Shown here: in pieces, positions 20,267 to 30,221 of the stretch | Layout of the letters: every line of letters starts with the position of its first letter | How positions within the stretch are numbered: the stretch's first letter is position 1 | Source: Pyrinomonadaceae bacterium | GTDB taxonomy: Bacteria; Acidobacteriota; Blastocatellia; Pyrinomonadales; Pyrinomonadaceae | Direction: 5' to 3' | DNA length: 64,000 nt | Assembly: GCA_030841085.1 (NCBI GenBank) | Contig: JAVEDP010000007.1 | Location: 15,129 to 79,128 of the forward strand | Notes under the pieces: generated by a model | The model's database searches: none | Seen by the model: the letters and a program-made list of their open reading frames with translations, nothing else | Told to the model about the DNA's origin: nothing | Made by a program: the position numbers and the translations under genes

Positions 20267-20914
20267 ATGAACCCAGCGCCAACACGACATGCATTTACCG
20301 CAAAAGAGTGGCAACTTATCCAGTCGCTGAATACACCGGCGCGCGTCCAGCGTTTCTTCAGTTCAATGCCATATAACTGGGAAAAGAACGGCGGCACGAT
20401 GCGGTCCTTTCGCGAAGTTGTAAAGCGCAACGAGGCCCACTGTTTAGAGGCGGCGTTAGCGGCGGCGGTAATTTTGGAGCAACATGGCTATCCGCCCCTG
20501 TTGCTCGATATTGAATCAGTGGATTTGTTGGACCACGTGATTTTTGTTTTTCAGCACGATGGGTTGTGGGGCTCTATCGCCCGTTCACGCGATATTGGAC
20601 TGCACGGGCGCAAGCCGTTGTTCCGGTCGCTGCGCGATTTGACGTGGAGTTATTTCGAACCGTACGTGGATTTCAGCGGCCGCATTAAAGGTTATGGGCT
20701 GGCGAATCTTTACGATTTGGGAAATTATGATTGGCGGTTCTCGGCCAGGAACATGTCGAAGATTGAGGACTATTTGCGCGAGCTGCCGCACAAGAAAATT
20801 CATTCGTCAGATAAGAGATACGAGAAACTGCTGGCGCACTATCATCGCTATAAGAAGCGTTATCCGGAACGCTCGCCGGCGTATTACGAGAACCGCAATC
20901 AGTGGATGAGGTGA
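20267..20914 (+). CDS. Hypothetical protein, possibly transglutaminase/papain-like fold
   Basis: AHCLEAALAAA and DHVIFVF suggest a Cys/His pair; ATG start at 20267. Confidence 0.6.
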   Translation: MNPAPTRHAFTAKEWQLIQSLNTPARVQRFFSSMPYNWEKNGGTMRSFREVVKRNEAHCLEAALAAAVILEQHGYPPLLLDIESVDLLDHVIFVFQHDGLWGSIARSRDIGLHGRKPLFRSLRDLTWSYFEPYVDFSGRIKGYGLANLYDLGNYDWRFSARNMSKIEDYLRELPHKKIHSSDKRYEKLLAHYHRYKKRYPERSPAYYENRNQWMR

Positions 20915-20917
20915 AGC

Positions 20918-21029
20918 GAGTTTCGAGTTCCGAGTTTCGAGTTTCGAGTTCGGAGAAACCAGGCTGTTTTGCTGCGGAATCGAACTCAAAGCCTAAAAAC
21001 TCGGAACTCGGAACTAGAAAGTCGAAACT
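20918..21029. repeat. Inverted heptamer array pair (GAGTTTC / GAAACTC)
   Basis: Between convergent stop codons. Confidence 0.92.
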
Positions 21030-22035
21030 AACTTTCCTTGACTACCAAACCTTCGCGCGAAAATTTCCAGTCAAGAATTTCAGCGCCCTTTTCCGCGCCG
21101 AGCGCGCGCTCGACATCCGCTTTGCGCCCCTCGGCACACAGGAATGCAATGCAGCCGCCCCCGCCGGCGCCGCAAACTTTCGCAGCTTCCGCGCCGTTAG
21201 CCAAAGCCGTCTGGACCAGATGGTCCATCTGCGGCGTCGTCACTCCCGGCGCCAGCCGTTTTCGGTTCGGATAAGCAGCAAGCATGGTCTCGCGCACTTC
21301 ATCCCAATCATCAGCCAGCAGCGCCTGACGCATTCGCAGCGCAGAATCACGTATGGCGTCGAAGATCTCGAAGAGTTCGGCGTCGCCGTCGATATGCTTC
21401 TTGAAAATTTCCCAGTTGTTCGTTCCTGACAGTCGCGGCTCTCCGGTGTAGCAGATGGCAATACGGTCCTGGATTTTCTTTTCGTCAACTTCCAGTTTTT
21501 CACGCTCGATGCCATCCGCGCGGAAGTGCACACATGAAGTCGAGCCAAACTGGGCCGAGTAGTAATCCTGAAAACCAGCAGGAACGCGAATCACAGTCGT
21601 CTCGATATTCGCGGCGATAGAAATGAACTTCCGCGCTTGATAACGATCTCCGACGAGCCGGTTCAGCGCGCCAATGCAGGCGATTGCCAGCGCCGACGAA
21701 CCGGCCAGACCAGCCCCCGCAGGCGCTTCGCTGTTGGCGATCAGATGGAAACCAGTGGTTGGTTTGAAGAAATGGACCAGCTTGGAAATTAATTCCAGAC
21801 GCTCCTCGCGCGCCAGGTCTTCGATTGCCGCGAGATTAGTTTCAAACGCCATCTTTCGGTCGCGCGACTCGAGCACAATCTGGCCCTCATCGCGCGTCTC
21901 TATCGAGCAATGAGCACGCAGGGAAGTAGCGAAGTTGACCGTGGCCGCGCCGGGGTGAAAGAGATAGATGGGCCAGATGTCGATGGTGCCGCCGGCAAGA
22001 TCGACGCGAGTTGGGGCGGATGACTCAATTAGCAC
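21028..22035 (-). CDS. GHMP family sugar kinase (HddA-like)
   Basis: APTRVDLAGGTID, PAGAGLAGSS, G.QD, KVCGAGGGG. Confidence 0.88.
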   Translation of the reverse strand: MLIESSAPTRVDLAGGTIDIWPIYLFHPGAATVNFATSLRAHCSIETRDEGQIVLESRDRKMAFETNLAAIEDLAREERLELISKLVHFFKPTTGFHLIANSEAPAGAGLAGSSALAIACIGALNRLVGDRYQARKFISIAANIETTVIRVPAGFQDYYSAQFGSTSCVHFRADGIEREKLEVDEKKIQDRIAICYTGEPRLSGTNNWEIFKKHIDGDAELFEIFDAIRDSALRMRQALLADDWDEVRETMLAAYPNRKRLAPGVTTPQMDHLVQTALANGAEAAKVCGAGGGGCIAFLCAEGRKADVERALGAEKGAEILDWKFSREGLVVKES

Positions 22036-22077
22036 GTTTTATCTTAGTTGTCCTTAAAGAAGTTGTTAAGACCCACG

Positions 22078-22214
22078 ATTTGCCATTTACCATTTTCCAT
22101 TTCTCATTTGTCATTGCAACCGCCGCAAGCGGCTCGGTTATGGCAGCGAGTTGAGAAAAAAAAAGCGACCTCTAATGAATTTGGATTCCAAGGGAAAATG
22201 GTAAATGGGAAATC
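22078..22214. repeat. Inverted heptamer array pair (ATTTNCC / GGNAAAT)
   Basis: Same unit recurs at 39751-39885 and 45804-45958. Confidence 0.88.
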
Positions 22215-22237
22215 TCAAATTCTTTGGCCAGTCGGAA

Positions 22238-22969
22238 TTACTTCGGTTCACCGTCTTTGGCCGCCGCCCGCTTTTTTTCTTCAGCCTGCCGCGACTGTTT
22301 GAATGGAATGTGCTCCTGAAACTCCTGCTTCAGACCTTGCAGTTTTTCCTGCGCGGCTTGTTCCAGTTCCTGCAGACGTTCAGGATCCGCTTCTTCCACT
22401 TTTGGCGATAACCAAAAGCGCTCGGCCAAATAAAATCCGGCAATGCCGACCACCACAATTACCAGCAGAACTTTTCCGAGGCGTTGAAAGTCACCGATGA
22501 CGCTGATTACCGCACCACTAAAAAAATAACCAGCGCCGCTGAGAACCAATACCCACGCAAAACAGCTGGCCGCTGACAGTACCACAAATCGCAGGTAGGG
22601 CATGCGACCAACGCCGTGAAATATGCACGAAGCCCAGCGCAGTCCGTAAATGTATTTCGAAAGAAAGATCGAGAGTCCGCCGAAGTTGTTTGTCAGGCGT
22701 TCCATGCGCGGCTTGGCGGCGCGATAGAACCGCAGATCGCGAACACCTTTGCGAAACTCGCGGCCTGTCAAGTATGCAATGTTATCGCTGACCGTACCGC
22801 CGAGCGTGCCCGCCAGCAGTACCGAAGCAAAACTGTGATCGCCGAAAAAATAACTGTGGGCCAGGACACCGGCAAGCAGGAGCGTAAGGTCGCCCTCGAT
22901 CATTACCAGAATGAAGACGGCGTAGAGGCCGTAACGACCGATCAAGTCGGTAAGAAAATCGAGGTGCAT
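22238..22969 (-). CDS. DedA family membrane protein
   Basis: IEGD..LLLAGVLA, G....DNIAYL.GR, KYIYGLR. Confidence 0.88.
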   Translation of the reverse strand: MHLDFLTDLIGRYGLYAVFILVMIEGDLTLLLAGVLAHSYFFGDHSFASVLLAGTLGGTVSDNIAYLTGREFRKGVRDLRFYRAAKPRMERLTNNFGGLSIFLSKYIYGLRWASCIFHGVGRMPYLRFVVLSAASCFAWVLVLSGAGYFFSGAVISVIGDFQRLGKVLLVIVVVGIAGFYLAERFWLSPKVEEADPERLQELEQAAQEKLQGLKQEFQEHIPFKQSRQAEEKKRAAAKDGEPK

Positions 22970-22978
22970 GTTTGGAAA

Positions 22979-23064
22979 AGTGAGCAGTGTGTAGTGGGCA
23001 GTGTGCAGTTAAACTGATTCTCTTACTGCACACGGCCCACCGCACACTGCTAACTACTGACTGC
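22979..23064. repeat. Inverted heptamer array pair (AGTGTGC-like / GCACACT-like)
   Basis: Read directly; same unit as in actE. Confidence 0.85.
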
Positions 23065-23067
23065 CTT

Positions 23068-23529
23068 TTATGATTCCAACTCTTTCGCCGGCTTTACAAC
23101 CAGCACCGGGCACGGCGCATGGCGCACGATTGCTTCGGCAGTTGAGCCGAAAAGAATTCGCCCCAGGCCGGTGCGTCCATGTGATGAAACAACGATTAAG
23201 TCTACCGATCTTTCTTTTGCAACGCGCACGATCTCGGCAGCAGCTTCGCCGTGCACAATCAACTCCTCCACTGCCAGGCCCGCACATTCTTCACATTCAG
23301 CAAACTTGGGCAGTTCGCGTTCCGCCGAGTCTTCCAGTTGATTGGCAATATCCGCTATCGGCAGCGGTTCCGAGATGCCGGAATAACCGACTGTCGGCAC
23401 CATCGGTTCGATTACATGCACGCAGAGAATCGCAGCGCCAAAGGTGCGAGCCAGCGATGCGGCATAGGACAGCGCAAAGTTTCCGCATTCGCTGAAATCC
23501 GTCGGCAGGAGTATTGAACGGATGTTCAT
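23068..23529 (-). CDS. Universal stress protein
   Basis: ILLPTDFS, DLIVVSSHGRTG...FGSTAE.IVR.APCPVLVV. Confidence 0.95.
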   Translation of the reverse strand: MNIRSILLPTDFSECGNFALSYAASLARTFGAAILCVHVIEPMVPTVGYSGISEPLPIADIANQLEDSAERELPKFAECEECAGLAVEELIVHGEAAAEIVRVAKERSVDLIVVSSHGRTGLGRILFGSTAEAIVRHAPCPVLVVKPAKELES

Positions 23530-23532
23530 ATT

Positions 23533-23615
23533 AGGTCTTGGGGCTTAGGTCTTGGGTCTTTGTGCAACTACGGAATCACTCTGCAAAAACTAAAGGCGCA
23601 AGACCAAAGACCAAA
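23533..23615. repeat. Inverted heptamer array pair (GGTCTTK / MAAGACC)
   Basis: Same unit at 46599-46692. Confidence 0.85.
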
Positions 23616-23648
23616 TTGAAGTTTGATTTTACACGCACAATCACTCGT

Positions 23649-23677
23649 TTGACACCCCCGATACCCTCGATTATGCT
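23649..23677 (+). promoter_or_regulatory. Sigma70-type promoter of the ROK gene
   Basis: TTGACA-17 nt-TATGCT. Confidence 0.65.
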
Positions 23678-23718
23678 TCGCTCGTTCCGCTTGCTATTGG
23701 ACCTCGGGAAGTTTGCAC

Positions 23719-24675
23719 ATGGATACGTCCCCTAAATCAGACATGAACTTTATCGGCATCGAGCTTTGCGGCACGAAACTGCGCGCGGCAACGGTCGACA
23801 ATGATGGCACCATTCGCGAACGCAGCGAAGAGCCACTGGAAGCAGAAAACCTGATTGCCCAGATAGCCCGAGTTGTCAAAACTTTGCAGCAGGGTGCGAA
23901 TAATATAGGCGCGGTCGGGATCGCCATCCCCGGTTTGGTCAATCGCAAAACGGATCGAGTGATAGCCTCGAACTATTTGCCGGGGCCCGTCCGCGAAAAC
24001 CTCCACGAGGAAGCAATGAAGGCAACCGGCCTGCGCGTCGAACTCGAGAATGACGCCAACGCGGCTGCGTATGGCGAGTACAAAATCGGCGCCGGGCGTG
24101 GCAGCAAGGATCTTTTCTACATCACCATTGGCGACGGAATCGGCGGCGCAATAATTCTGGACGGAAAACTTTGGATTGGCGCGTCTGGGTTGGCTGGCGA
24201 AGTGGGCCACATAACGATCGATACGGAAGGCGACGAATGCATCTGCGGCAACACAGGCTGCCTGGAGACTGTCGCTTCCGCTCCGAACATCGTGCGCCGC
24301 GCGAACGAGCGTTTGAATCGCGATTCGACTTCCTCGCTTTCCAAGTTGGCGATGAATAAAGACTTCACCGCCAGCGACATGGCGCGCGAGGCAAAAGAGG
24401 GCGACGACTTTTCGTTAATGATGATTGAACGCACTGGAAAATACATAGGCACCGGAGTCGCCAGCGTTATCAACCTCTTGAATATTGAACGGATTGTGCT
24501 GGGCGGCGGAGTGATGCAGGCGGGCGAGTTGATCCTCAATCCCATTATTCAAGAAGCAAAGCGGCGCGCTTTCCAGCCGTGTTTTGAAGCCACGCAAATT
24601 GTTGTCGCCGCGCTGGGTGAAGATGCCGCCACCATCGGGGTGGCGATGCTGGCGCGCGATGCGGCGGTCACGTAA
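23719..24675 (+). CDS. ROK family sugar kinase (glucokinase-like)
   Basis: ENDANAAAYGE, G.GIGGAII, GEVGH, CICGNTGCLE. Confidence 0.93.
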   Translation: MDTSPKSDMNFIGIELCGTKLRAATVDNDGTIRERSEEPLEAENLIAQIARVVKTLQQGANNIGAVGIAIPGLVNRKTDRVIASNYLPGPVRENLHEEAMKATGLRVELENDANAAAYGEYKIGAGRGSKDLFYITIGDGIGGAIILDGKLWIGASGLAGEVGHITIDTEGDECICGNTGCLETVASAPNIVRRANERLNRDSTSSLSKLAMNKDFTASDMAREAKEGDDFSLMMIERTGKYIGTGVASVINLLNIERIVLGGGVMQAGELILNPIIQEAKRRAFQPCFEATQIVVAALGEDAATIGVAMLARDAAVT

Positions 24676-24792
24676 GTTTCAAGTCTCAAGTTTGAAGTTT
24701 CAAGTTTCGTTCTTCGCGGTTGAAATGTTTCGGTTGAGAGCACAGATCCCCGGACTCTCAAACTTGAACCCTGAAACTTTAAACTTGAAACT
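24675..24792. repeat. Inverted heptamer array pair (GTTTCAA / TTGAAAC)
   Basis: Fills the gap between convergent stop codons. Confidence 0.92.
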
Positions 24793-25442
24793 CATCGCGC
24801 TTCGCGATGGCGGTCGACCCACCCGGCCCATAAAATCAAAAACGAACTCAACGCCAGCGCTCCAATTCCCAGCAGGCGCACGCTCGGTGGCGTCGAACTG
24901 AAAATGTTCGCAACGTACGCCACGCAGACGGCAATCACGAATGACAGCAAGCCCCACTTGCCAATTCCATCCTTCGGCCGGGTGACGCGCAAGTAAATCC
25001 AGACTCCAATCGCACACATCAATCCCTCGACAATCACCGTAGCGATAATTGAGTTCCACAAGCCCAGCCCAAAACGTGGACCACTCGGATAAAGCGGCAG
25101 GTCCGGCCGGTGGCTGATCCAATCAAGCACCCAGTGACTCACGGTACCCACCCAGATAACGATCGCGCCTCGGCCGTAACGTGCTACGAGGTAATACAAC
25201 AGCGCAAAGAGCGTGGCCCATCCGATCGCCGCCAACAAGCTGTGCGAGATTGGGTAGGAAACAAAATCGAGTGGAGTAAACGCGGTGTTGCCGGGTTGGA
25301 TTCGCACCTGTTCCCAGCCCAGCAGTATGAATATGGGCCACAAGAGATCGAGCAGCGACGCGGCAGCGATCAACGCGCCGAGCGAAGTGCGGGGCGCGAA
25401 ACGCTTCGAAGCCAAAGCAACTGCGTAGTGACCAATGAACAT
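24792..25442 (-). CDS. Membrane-bound metal-dependent hydrolase (YdjM-like)
   Basis: MFIGH, DLLW, SHSL, SHWVLD..H motifs. Confidence 0.8.
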   Translation of the reverse strand: MFIGHYAVALASKRFAPRTSLGALIAAASLLDLLWPIFILLGWEQVRIQPGNTAFTPLDFVSYPISHSLLAAIGWATLFALLYYLVARYGRGAIVIWVGTVSHWVLDWISHRPDLPLYPSGPRFGLGLWNSIIATVIVEGLMCAIGVWIYLRVTRPKDGIGKWGLLSFVIAVCVAYVANIFSSTPPSVRLLGIGALALSSFLILWAGWVDRHREAR

Positions 25443-25784
25443 CGGGCTACCTCAACAAAGTCCGCAGCAAGGTCCGCAACAAGCCCCGCAACAAGGAATT
25501 CTGCCAAAGATTTAACCGCGACCAGGACGGCTGAGGAATCTACCACACCTTCCTAAACCAGTTGATCTTTTCCATTCGGGACTGAAGTTGAAAAAATTTC
25601 CCCATCTGCTAAAGTACGTGACAACTTTGCAAGGACAATAGTTTAGACCAGACTCTTGCGGACCAGCGCGTCTTCAGAGGTAAGTGCGCACTGATCCGCA
25701 AATTTCGCCGCAGCTTATGCTTTGCTGTATTCCAAGCTGCACGCCGATTTGTAAGCAGTAACGAAGTACTGACAAATTTTCGCG

Positions 25785-26453
25785 ATGCCGCAGATTTTTC
25801 ATCACAGCACCAACGCGCTGGCAAAGCTGACGATCTATGGCGCCGTTTTTATTCTCGTCGCGCTGTTATGGATCGCAGTCGAGCTGAATCGTTCGTCGTG
25901 GAATACGGGGCAATGGGTTGAGCGGCAGCAGCCAGTCCAGTTTAGCCATAAGCATCACGTTGGCGACGATGGTATCGACTGCCGCTACTGCCACACTTCA
26001 GTCGAAACAGCCGCGTCCGCGGGTCTGCCGGCAACCACAACCTGCATGAATTGTCATAAACAGATTTGGGCGGACAGCTCTTATCTCGAGCCGGTTCGCG
26101 AGAGCTTTCGCACGGGCAAGCCAATCGAATGGATTAGAGTGCACGACCTGCCGGACTTCGCTTATTTCAATCACAGCATTCATGTGAACAAGGGCGTTGG
26201 TTGTTCGACCTGTCATGGACAAGTCGATCAAATGCCCATTGCTTACCAGGCGTCGACGCTGCAAATGGAATGGTGTCTGGGTTGTCACCGCAATCCGGAA
26301 AATTTTGTGCGCCCGAAGGAAAAAGTTTTCGATATGCAATTTCGACAGGAAAACAAAACGAACGACGAGATTGCCGAAGGCCGATCGTTGGTAACGAAGT
26401 ATCACATTCAACCGCCGAATGTGTTGACAAGCTGTTCGACGTGTCATCGCTAA
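25785..26453 (+). CDS. actA: Alternative complex III pentaheme cytochrome c subunit
   Basis: N-terminal TM helix and five CxxCH motifs; first gene of the act cluster. Confidence 0.93.
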   Translation: MPQIFHHSTNALAKLTIYGAVFILVALLWIAVELNRSSWNTGQWVERQQPVQFSHKHHVGDDGIDCRYCHTSVETAASAGLPATTTCMNCHKQIWADSSYLEPVRESFRTGKPIEWIRVHDLPDFAYFNHSIHVNKGVGCSTCHGQVDQMPIAYQASTLQMEWCLGCHRNPENFVRPKEKVFDMQFRQENKTNDEIAEGRSLVTKYHIQPPNVLTSCSTCHR

Positions 26454-26554
26454 TGGCATGGACTTTAGTCTGTGCCTTGCGAAGACAACACATGGTCTGT
26501 GGTTTTATTAGAAGTATTTGGTTGGTAACAAGCACCGACTAAAGTCTGTGCTAC
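26453..26554. repeat. REP doublet (CACAGACTTTAGTCTGTG family) between actA and actB
   Basis: Degenerate inverted arms. Confidence 0.8.
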
Positions 26555-26563
26555 TTAAAAAAG

Positions 26564-29500
26564 ATGTCTGAAGACCGACACATAAATTTCAAGCTGATGC
26601 GCCAGTACATCCTGGACCATCAGGACGGAGCAGCGCCGCCACCGGCGGCGGGCGGGTTGTACTCGATCCAGCCGCGAGTTACCGGCGCCGAGAAATCCAA
26701 AAAGTACTGGCGCTCGCTTGACGAGCTGGCAGAGACGCCTGAATTTCGCGAACTTGTCGCCCGTGAGTTTCCGCAAGCGGCTGAAGAATGGAACGATCCG
26801 TTTGAACGCCGGACGTTCTTGAAGTTGATGGGCGCCTCGCTCGCGCTTGCCGGTCTCAGCGGCTGCGCGTTTCAGCCTCCGGAAAAAATTGTCCCCTACG
26901 TGACCCAGCCGGAAGAAGAAGTGCCCGGCAAAGCTTTATTTTTCGCCACCGCTTCGTCGCTCGGCGGAATCGCCACACCCCTGCTCGCGCGCAGCAATGA
27001 AGGGCGGCCCACCAAAGTAGAAGGAAATCCGGATCATCCGAACAGTCGCAACAACGACCCGCAGGATCGCGGTTCAAGTGCTACCGACATTTTTGCGCAG
27101 GCTTCCATCCTGTCTCTTTACGATCCCGATCGTTCGCAGACGCCGCTCTACCGCGACGAAGCGCGCACCTGGTCCACCTTTGTCGGCGAGATTCGCACCG
27201 CGCTCGATGAGCAACGACCCAAGCAGGGCAGCGGCATACGCTTTCTGACTGAAACCGTGACGTCGCCCACTCTCGCCGCGCAGTTCAAAGCGATTCTGAC
27301 TGAGTTTCCACAAGCGAAGTGGCATCAATACGAACCGGCGAACAACGACAACGCGCGTGCCGGAGCGGTGATGGCTTTCGGCCAGCCGGTCAATACTGTC
27401 TACGACTTCAGCAAGGCTGATCGCATTCTTTCGCTCGACGCTGACTTCCTTTCCGCGCATCCCGGGACGTTGAAGTACGCGCGCGATTTTGCAGCGCGAC
27501 GACGCGTCAGTGAAGGTCAGAAAGAAATCAATCGGCTTTACGTTATTGAGACTACGCCGACCACGACCGGCGCGAAGGCTGATCATCGTTGGTCGGTGAA
27601 GCCGAGTGCGCTTCAGAACTACGCGCAGGCTTTTGTCGACATCATCCGCGGTCAGGGAAATTCATCAAGCGGTAACCAGAGCGTTACGTTCGAAACGCGG
27701 TTGGAAGTGAGTACGGGTGTTAACCCTTCCAAAACTCTCTATTGGCCTGACGTCCAAACCATCGCGCGCGATCTGCAGCAACACAAAGGCGCGAGCATCG
27801 TCATTGCCGGCAAGGAAGCGCCGCCCTTTGTGCACGCATTCGCCCACGAGCTGAACAACGCGCTCGGCAATGTCGGCAAAACAGTTTTCTATACCGATCC
27901 AATAGAAGCCAACCCCGTCGACCAGCGCCGGTCGCTGCAGGAATTAATTAATGACATCGACGGCGGTCGAGTTGAGTTGTTGGTGATCGTTGGCGGCAAT
28001 CCGGCTTACAACACACCGGCGGATTTGAAACTCAATCAGGACCGGATGTTCAAGACGAAACTGCGCGTTCACCTCAGCCAGTATCGCGATGAAACTTCCG
28101 AGTTATGTCATTGGCAACTTCCCGAGACGCATTACCTGGAAGCGTGGAGCGACGCCCGCACTTATGACGGCACCGTCACAATCGTGCAGCCGTTGATTGA
28201 GCCGCTCTATCAAAACAAGAGTGCGCACGAATTGTTGGCTGTCTTTACTGCGAAGTATGACCAGAAACCGTATGACATTATTCGCGAGTACTGGGAGGGT
28301 GCGGGTAAACAGCAAACAGTAAACAGCGAACAGCAAACAGTAAGCAGCAAACAGCAGACAGCGAACAGCAAACAGCAACCAGCGCCTGCCAACGGAAGCA
28401 GTTTGGCGCAGGCACCCGCACAATCGAACCCAACCGCTCCAGCCAACACTGTCGTTGGTCCAACGCCGTCAGCCGATTTCGAATCATGGTGGCGCAAGTG
28501 TGTTCACGATGGCTTTATTCCAGGCACCGCGCTGCCGACTAAAACAGTTTCGGTTAACGGTGGAAATCTGACGCAGTCAATTGCGAGCGGCACATCGCCA
28601 GTGGCCAACACCCAACCCCCTACACCCAACACCCAGTTAGAGCTTGTTTTCCGGACCGATCCAACAATTTACGACGGCCGCTTCGCAAACAATGGCTGGT
28701 TGCAGGAGCTTCCCAAGCCGCTGACGAAATTGACTTGGGACAACGCAGCACTGGTTAGTCCAAACACCGCGAAGCAACTCGGTCTGGAAAAAACCAATGG
28801 CAAGAAGGGTCGCGAGGCCTGGGTCGATACCGTGAAGATTTCCTATCAGGGCCGCACGATCAGCGACAAGGTTCCCGCCTACATAATGCCGGGCCAGCCT
28901 GATGGCGTCGTCACGCTTCACCTGGGGTATGGCCGCAAACGCGCCGGCCGTATTGGCAGTGGTGTCGGTTTTAATGCTTATGAAATTCGCACCGCCGACG
29001 CGCAGTGGTCAGGCGCGGGGGCGCAAGTCGAGAAAGGACCAGGCACGTATGTCCTTGCTCTAACTCAACAGCACTTCAACATGGAGGATCCGAATTTCAG
29101 CAAAGAGCCACGCGACATTTATCGCCAGCAAACGTTGGAACAGTATCTCCATGGCGAACATAAAGAACACGAGTCGGAAGAACCGGCGAAAGACGACACG
29201 CTTTACGATCCCAAGCTCTACGACTATCAAAATCAGGGCAATGGTTTGAACTACGCCTGGGGCATGGCAATCGATTTGAACAACTGCATCGGTTGCAACG
29301 GCTGCACCATCGCCTGCCAGTCGGAAAATAATATTCCGGTTGTCGGAAAAGAGCAGGTAGAGCGCAGCCGCGAGATGCATTGGATTCGGCTCGACACTTA
29401 TTTCGAAGGTGACGATGCCAGCAATCCTGAAGGCACGCACTTCATGCCGGTGCCCTGCATGCATTGCGAGAACGCGCCTTGCGAGCCTGTCTGTCCGGTC

Positions 29501-29968
29501 CATGCGACGGTGCACAGCGCCGAAGGCCTCAACGACATGGTCTACAACCGCTGCGTCGGCACGAAATATTGTTCGAACAACTGTCCGTACAAAGTGCGCC
29601 GCTTCAACTTTTTCCTTTATCAGGATTGGGAGACGCCGACTTATCAGTTGATGCGTAACCCGGACGTGTCGGTGCGCAGCCGCGGCGTAATGGAGAAATG
29701 CACTTATTGTGTGCAGCGAATTCAGAGCGCAAAGATCACCAGCGAAATTGAAGGCAGAAAAGTTCGCGACGGTGAGATTGTTACTGCCTGTCAGGCTGTG
29801 TGCCCGACTGAAGCAATTGTGTTTGGCGATATCAACGATCCGAACAGCAAGGTTTCGAAACTGAAAGCGGAGCAGCGCAACTACTCGCTGCTGGCCGAGC
29901 TGAATACAAAACCGCGCACGACTTATTTGTCGGCGCTGCGGAATCCGAATCCGGATATAAAAAGTTAG
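26564..29968 (+). CDS. actB: Alternative complex III molybdopterin-oxidoreductase-like/Fe-S subunit
   Basis: YWRSL, TAT motif RRTFLK..LSGC, C-terminal CxxCxxC Fe-S motifs, RGVMEKCTYC. Confidence 0.95.
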   Translation: MSEDRHINFKLMRQYILDHQDGAAPPPAAGGLYSIQPRVTGAEKSKKYWRSLDELAETPEFRELVAREFPQAAEEWNDPFERRTFLKLMGASLALAGLSGCAFQPPEKIVPYVTQPEEEVPGKALFFATASSLGGIATPLLARSNEGRPTKVEGNPDHPNSRNNDPQDRGSSATDIFAQASILSLYDPDRSQTPLYRDEARTWSTFVGEIRTALDEQRPKQGSGIRFLTETVTSPTLAAQFKAILTEFPQAKWHQYEPANNDNARAGAVMAFGQPVNTVYDFSKADRILSLDADFLSAHPGTLKYARDFAARRRVSEGQKEINRLYVIETTPTTTGAKADHRWSVKPSALQNYAQAFVDIIRGQGNSSSGNQSVTFETRLEVSTGVNPSKTLYWPDVQTIARDLQQHKGASIVIAGKEAPPFVHAFAHELNNALGNVGKTVFYTDPIEANPVDQRRSLQELINDIDGGRVELLVIVGGNPAYNTPADLKLNQDRMFKTKLRVHLSQYRDETSELCHWQLPETHYLEAWSDARTYDGTVTIVQPLIEPLYQNKSAHELLAVFTAKYDQKPYDIIREYWEGAGKQQTVNSEQQTVSSKQQTANSKQQPAPANGSSLAQAPAQSNPTAPANTVVGPTPSADFESWWRKCVHDGFIPGTALPTKTVSVNGGNLTQSIASGTSPVANTQPPTPNTQLELVFRTDPTIYDGRFANNGWLQELPKPLTKLTWDNAALVSPNTAKQLGLEKTNGKKGREAWVDTVKISYQGRTISDKVPAYIMPGQPDGVVTLHLGYGRKRAGRIGSGVGFNAYEIRTADAQWSGAGAQVEKGPGTYVLALTQQHFNMEDPNFSKEPRDIYRQQTLEQYLHGEHKEHESEEPAKDDTLYDPKLYDYQNQGNGLNYAWGMAIDLNNCIGCNGCTIACQSENNIPVVGKEQVERSREMHWIRLDTYFEGDDASNPEGTHFMPVPCMHCENAPCEPVCPVHATVHSAEGLNDMVYNRCVGTKYCSNNCPYKVRRFNFFLYQDWETPTYQLMRNPDVSVRSRGVMEKCTYCVQRIQSAKITSEIEGRKVRDGEIVTACQAVCPTEAIVFGDINDPNSKVSKLKAEQRNYSLLAELNTKPRTTYLSALRNPNPDIKS

Positions 29969-30015
29969 CTGTGAAAAGACTGATGATAGCGGAGATGACT
30001 AAGAACCGGAGTCTC

Positions 30016-30212
30016 GGGGTTGGGAAGGTTGGCTTGCCCCCGCTCGGATCGAATAGCACTGAATCCAGAGCGGGGCAAGCCACCCTTCCTGACCTCGAGG
30101 TTGCCTGGGTTGAGTTAATTCTCTGAGTCTAGAGGAAGAGAAAAGAAGTTCAGAGTACAGCTTTAGCTTGCCGCTTGCGAAATAAAGCAACCTAACGGTT
30201 GGACTCTAAACT
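30016..30212. repeat. Two adjacent REP doublets between actB and actC
   Basis: GGAAGGTTGGCTTGCCCC..GGGGCAAGCCACCCTTCC (half copy at 4851-4880) and GTTCAGAGTACAGCTTTAGCTTG..CAACCTAACGGTTGGACTCTAAAC. Confidence 0.8.
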
Positions 30213-30221
30213 AGTTGGTTA

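Noticed and set aside
25560..25640. Rex or FNR site upstream of actA
   Set aside because: Only partial half-site matches; too weak to call.
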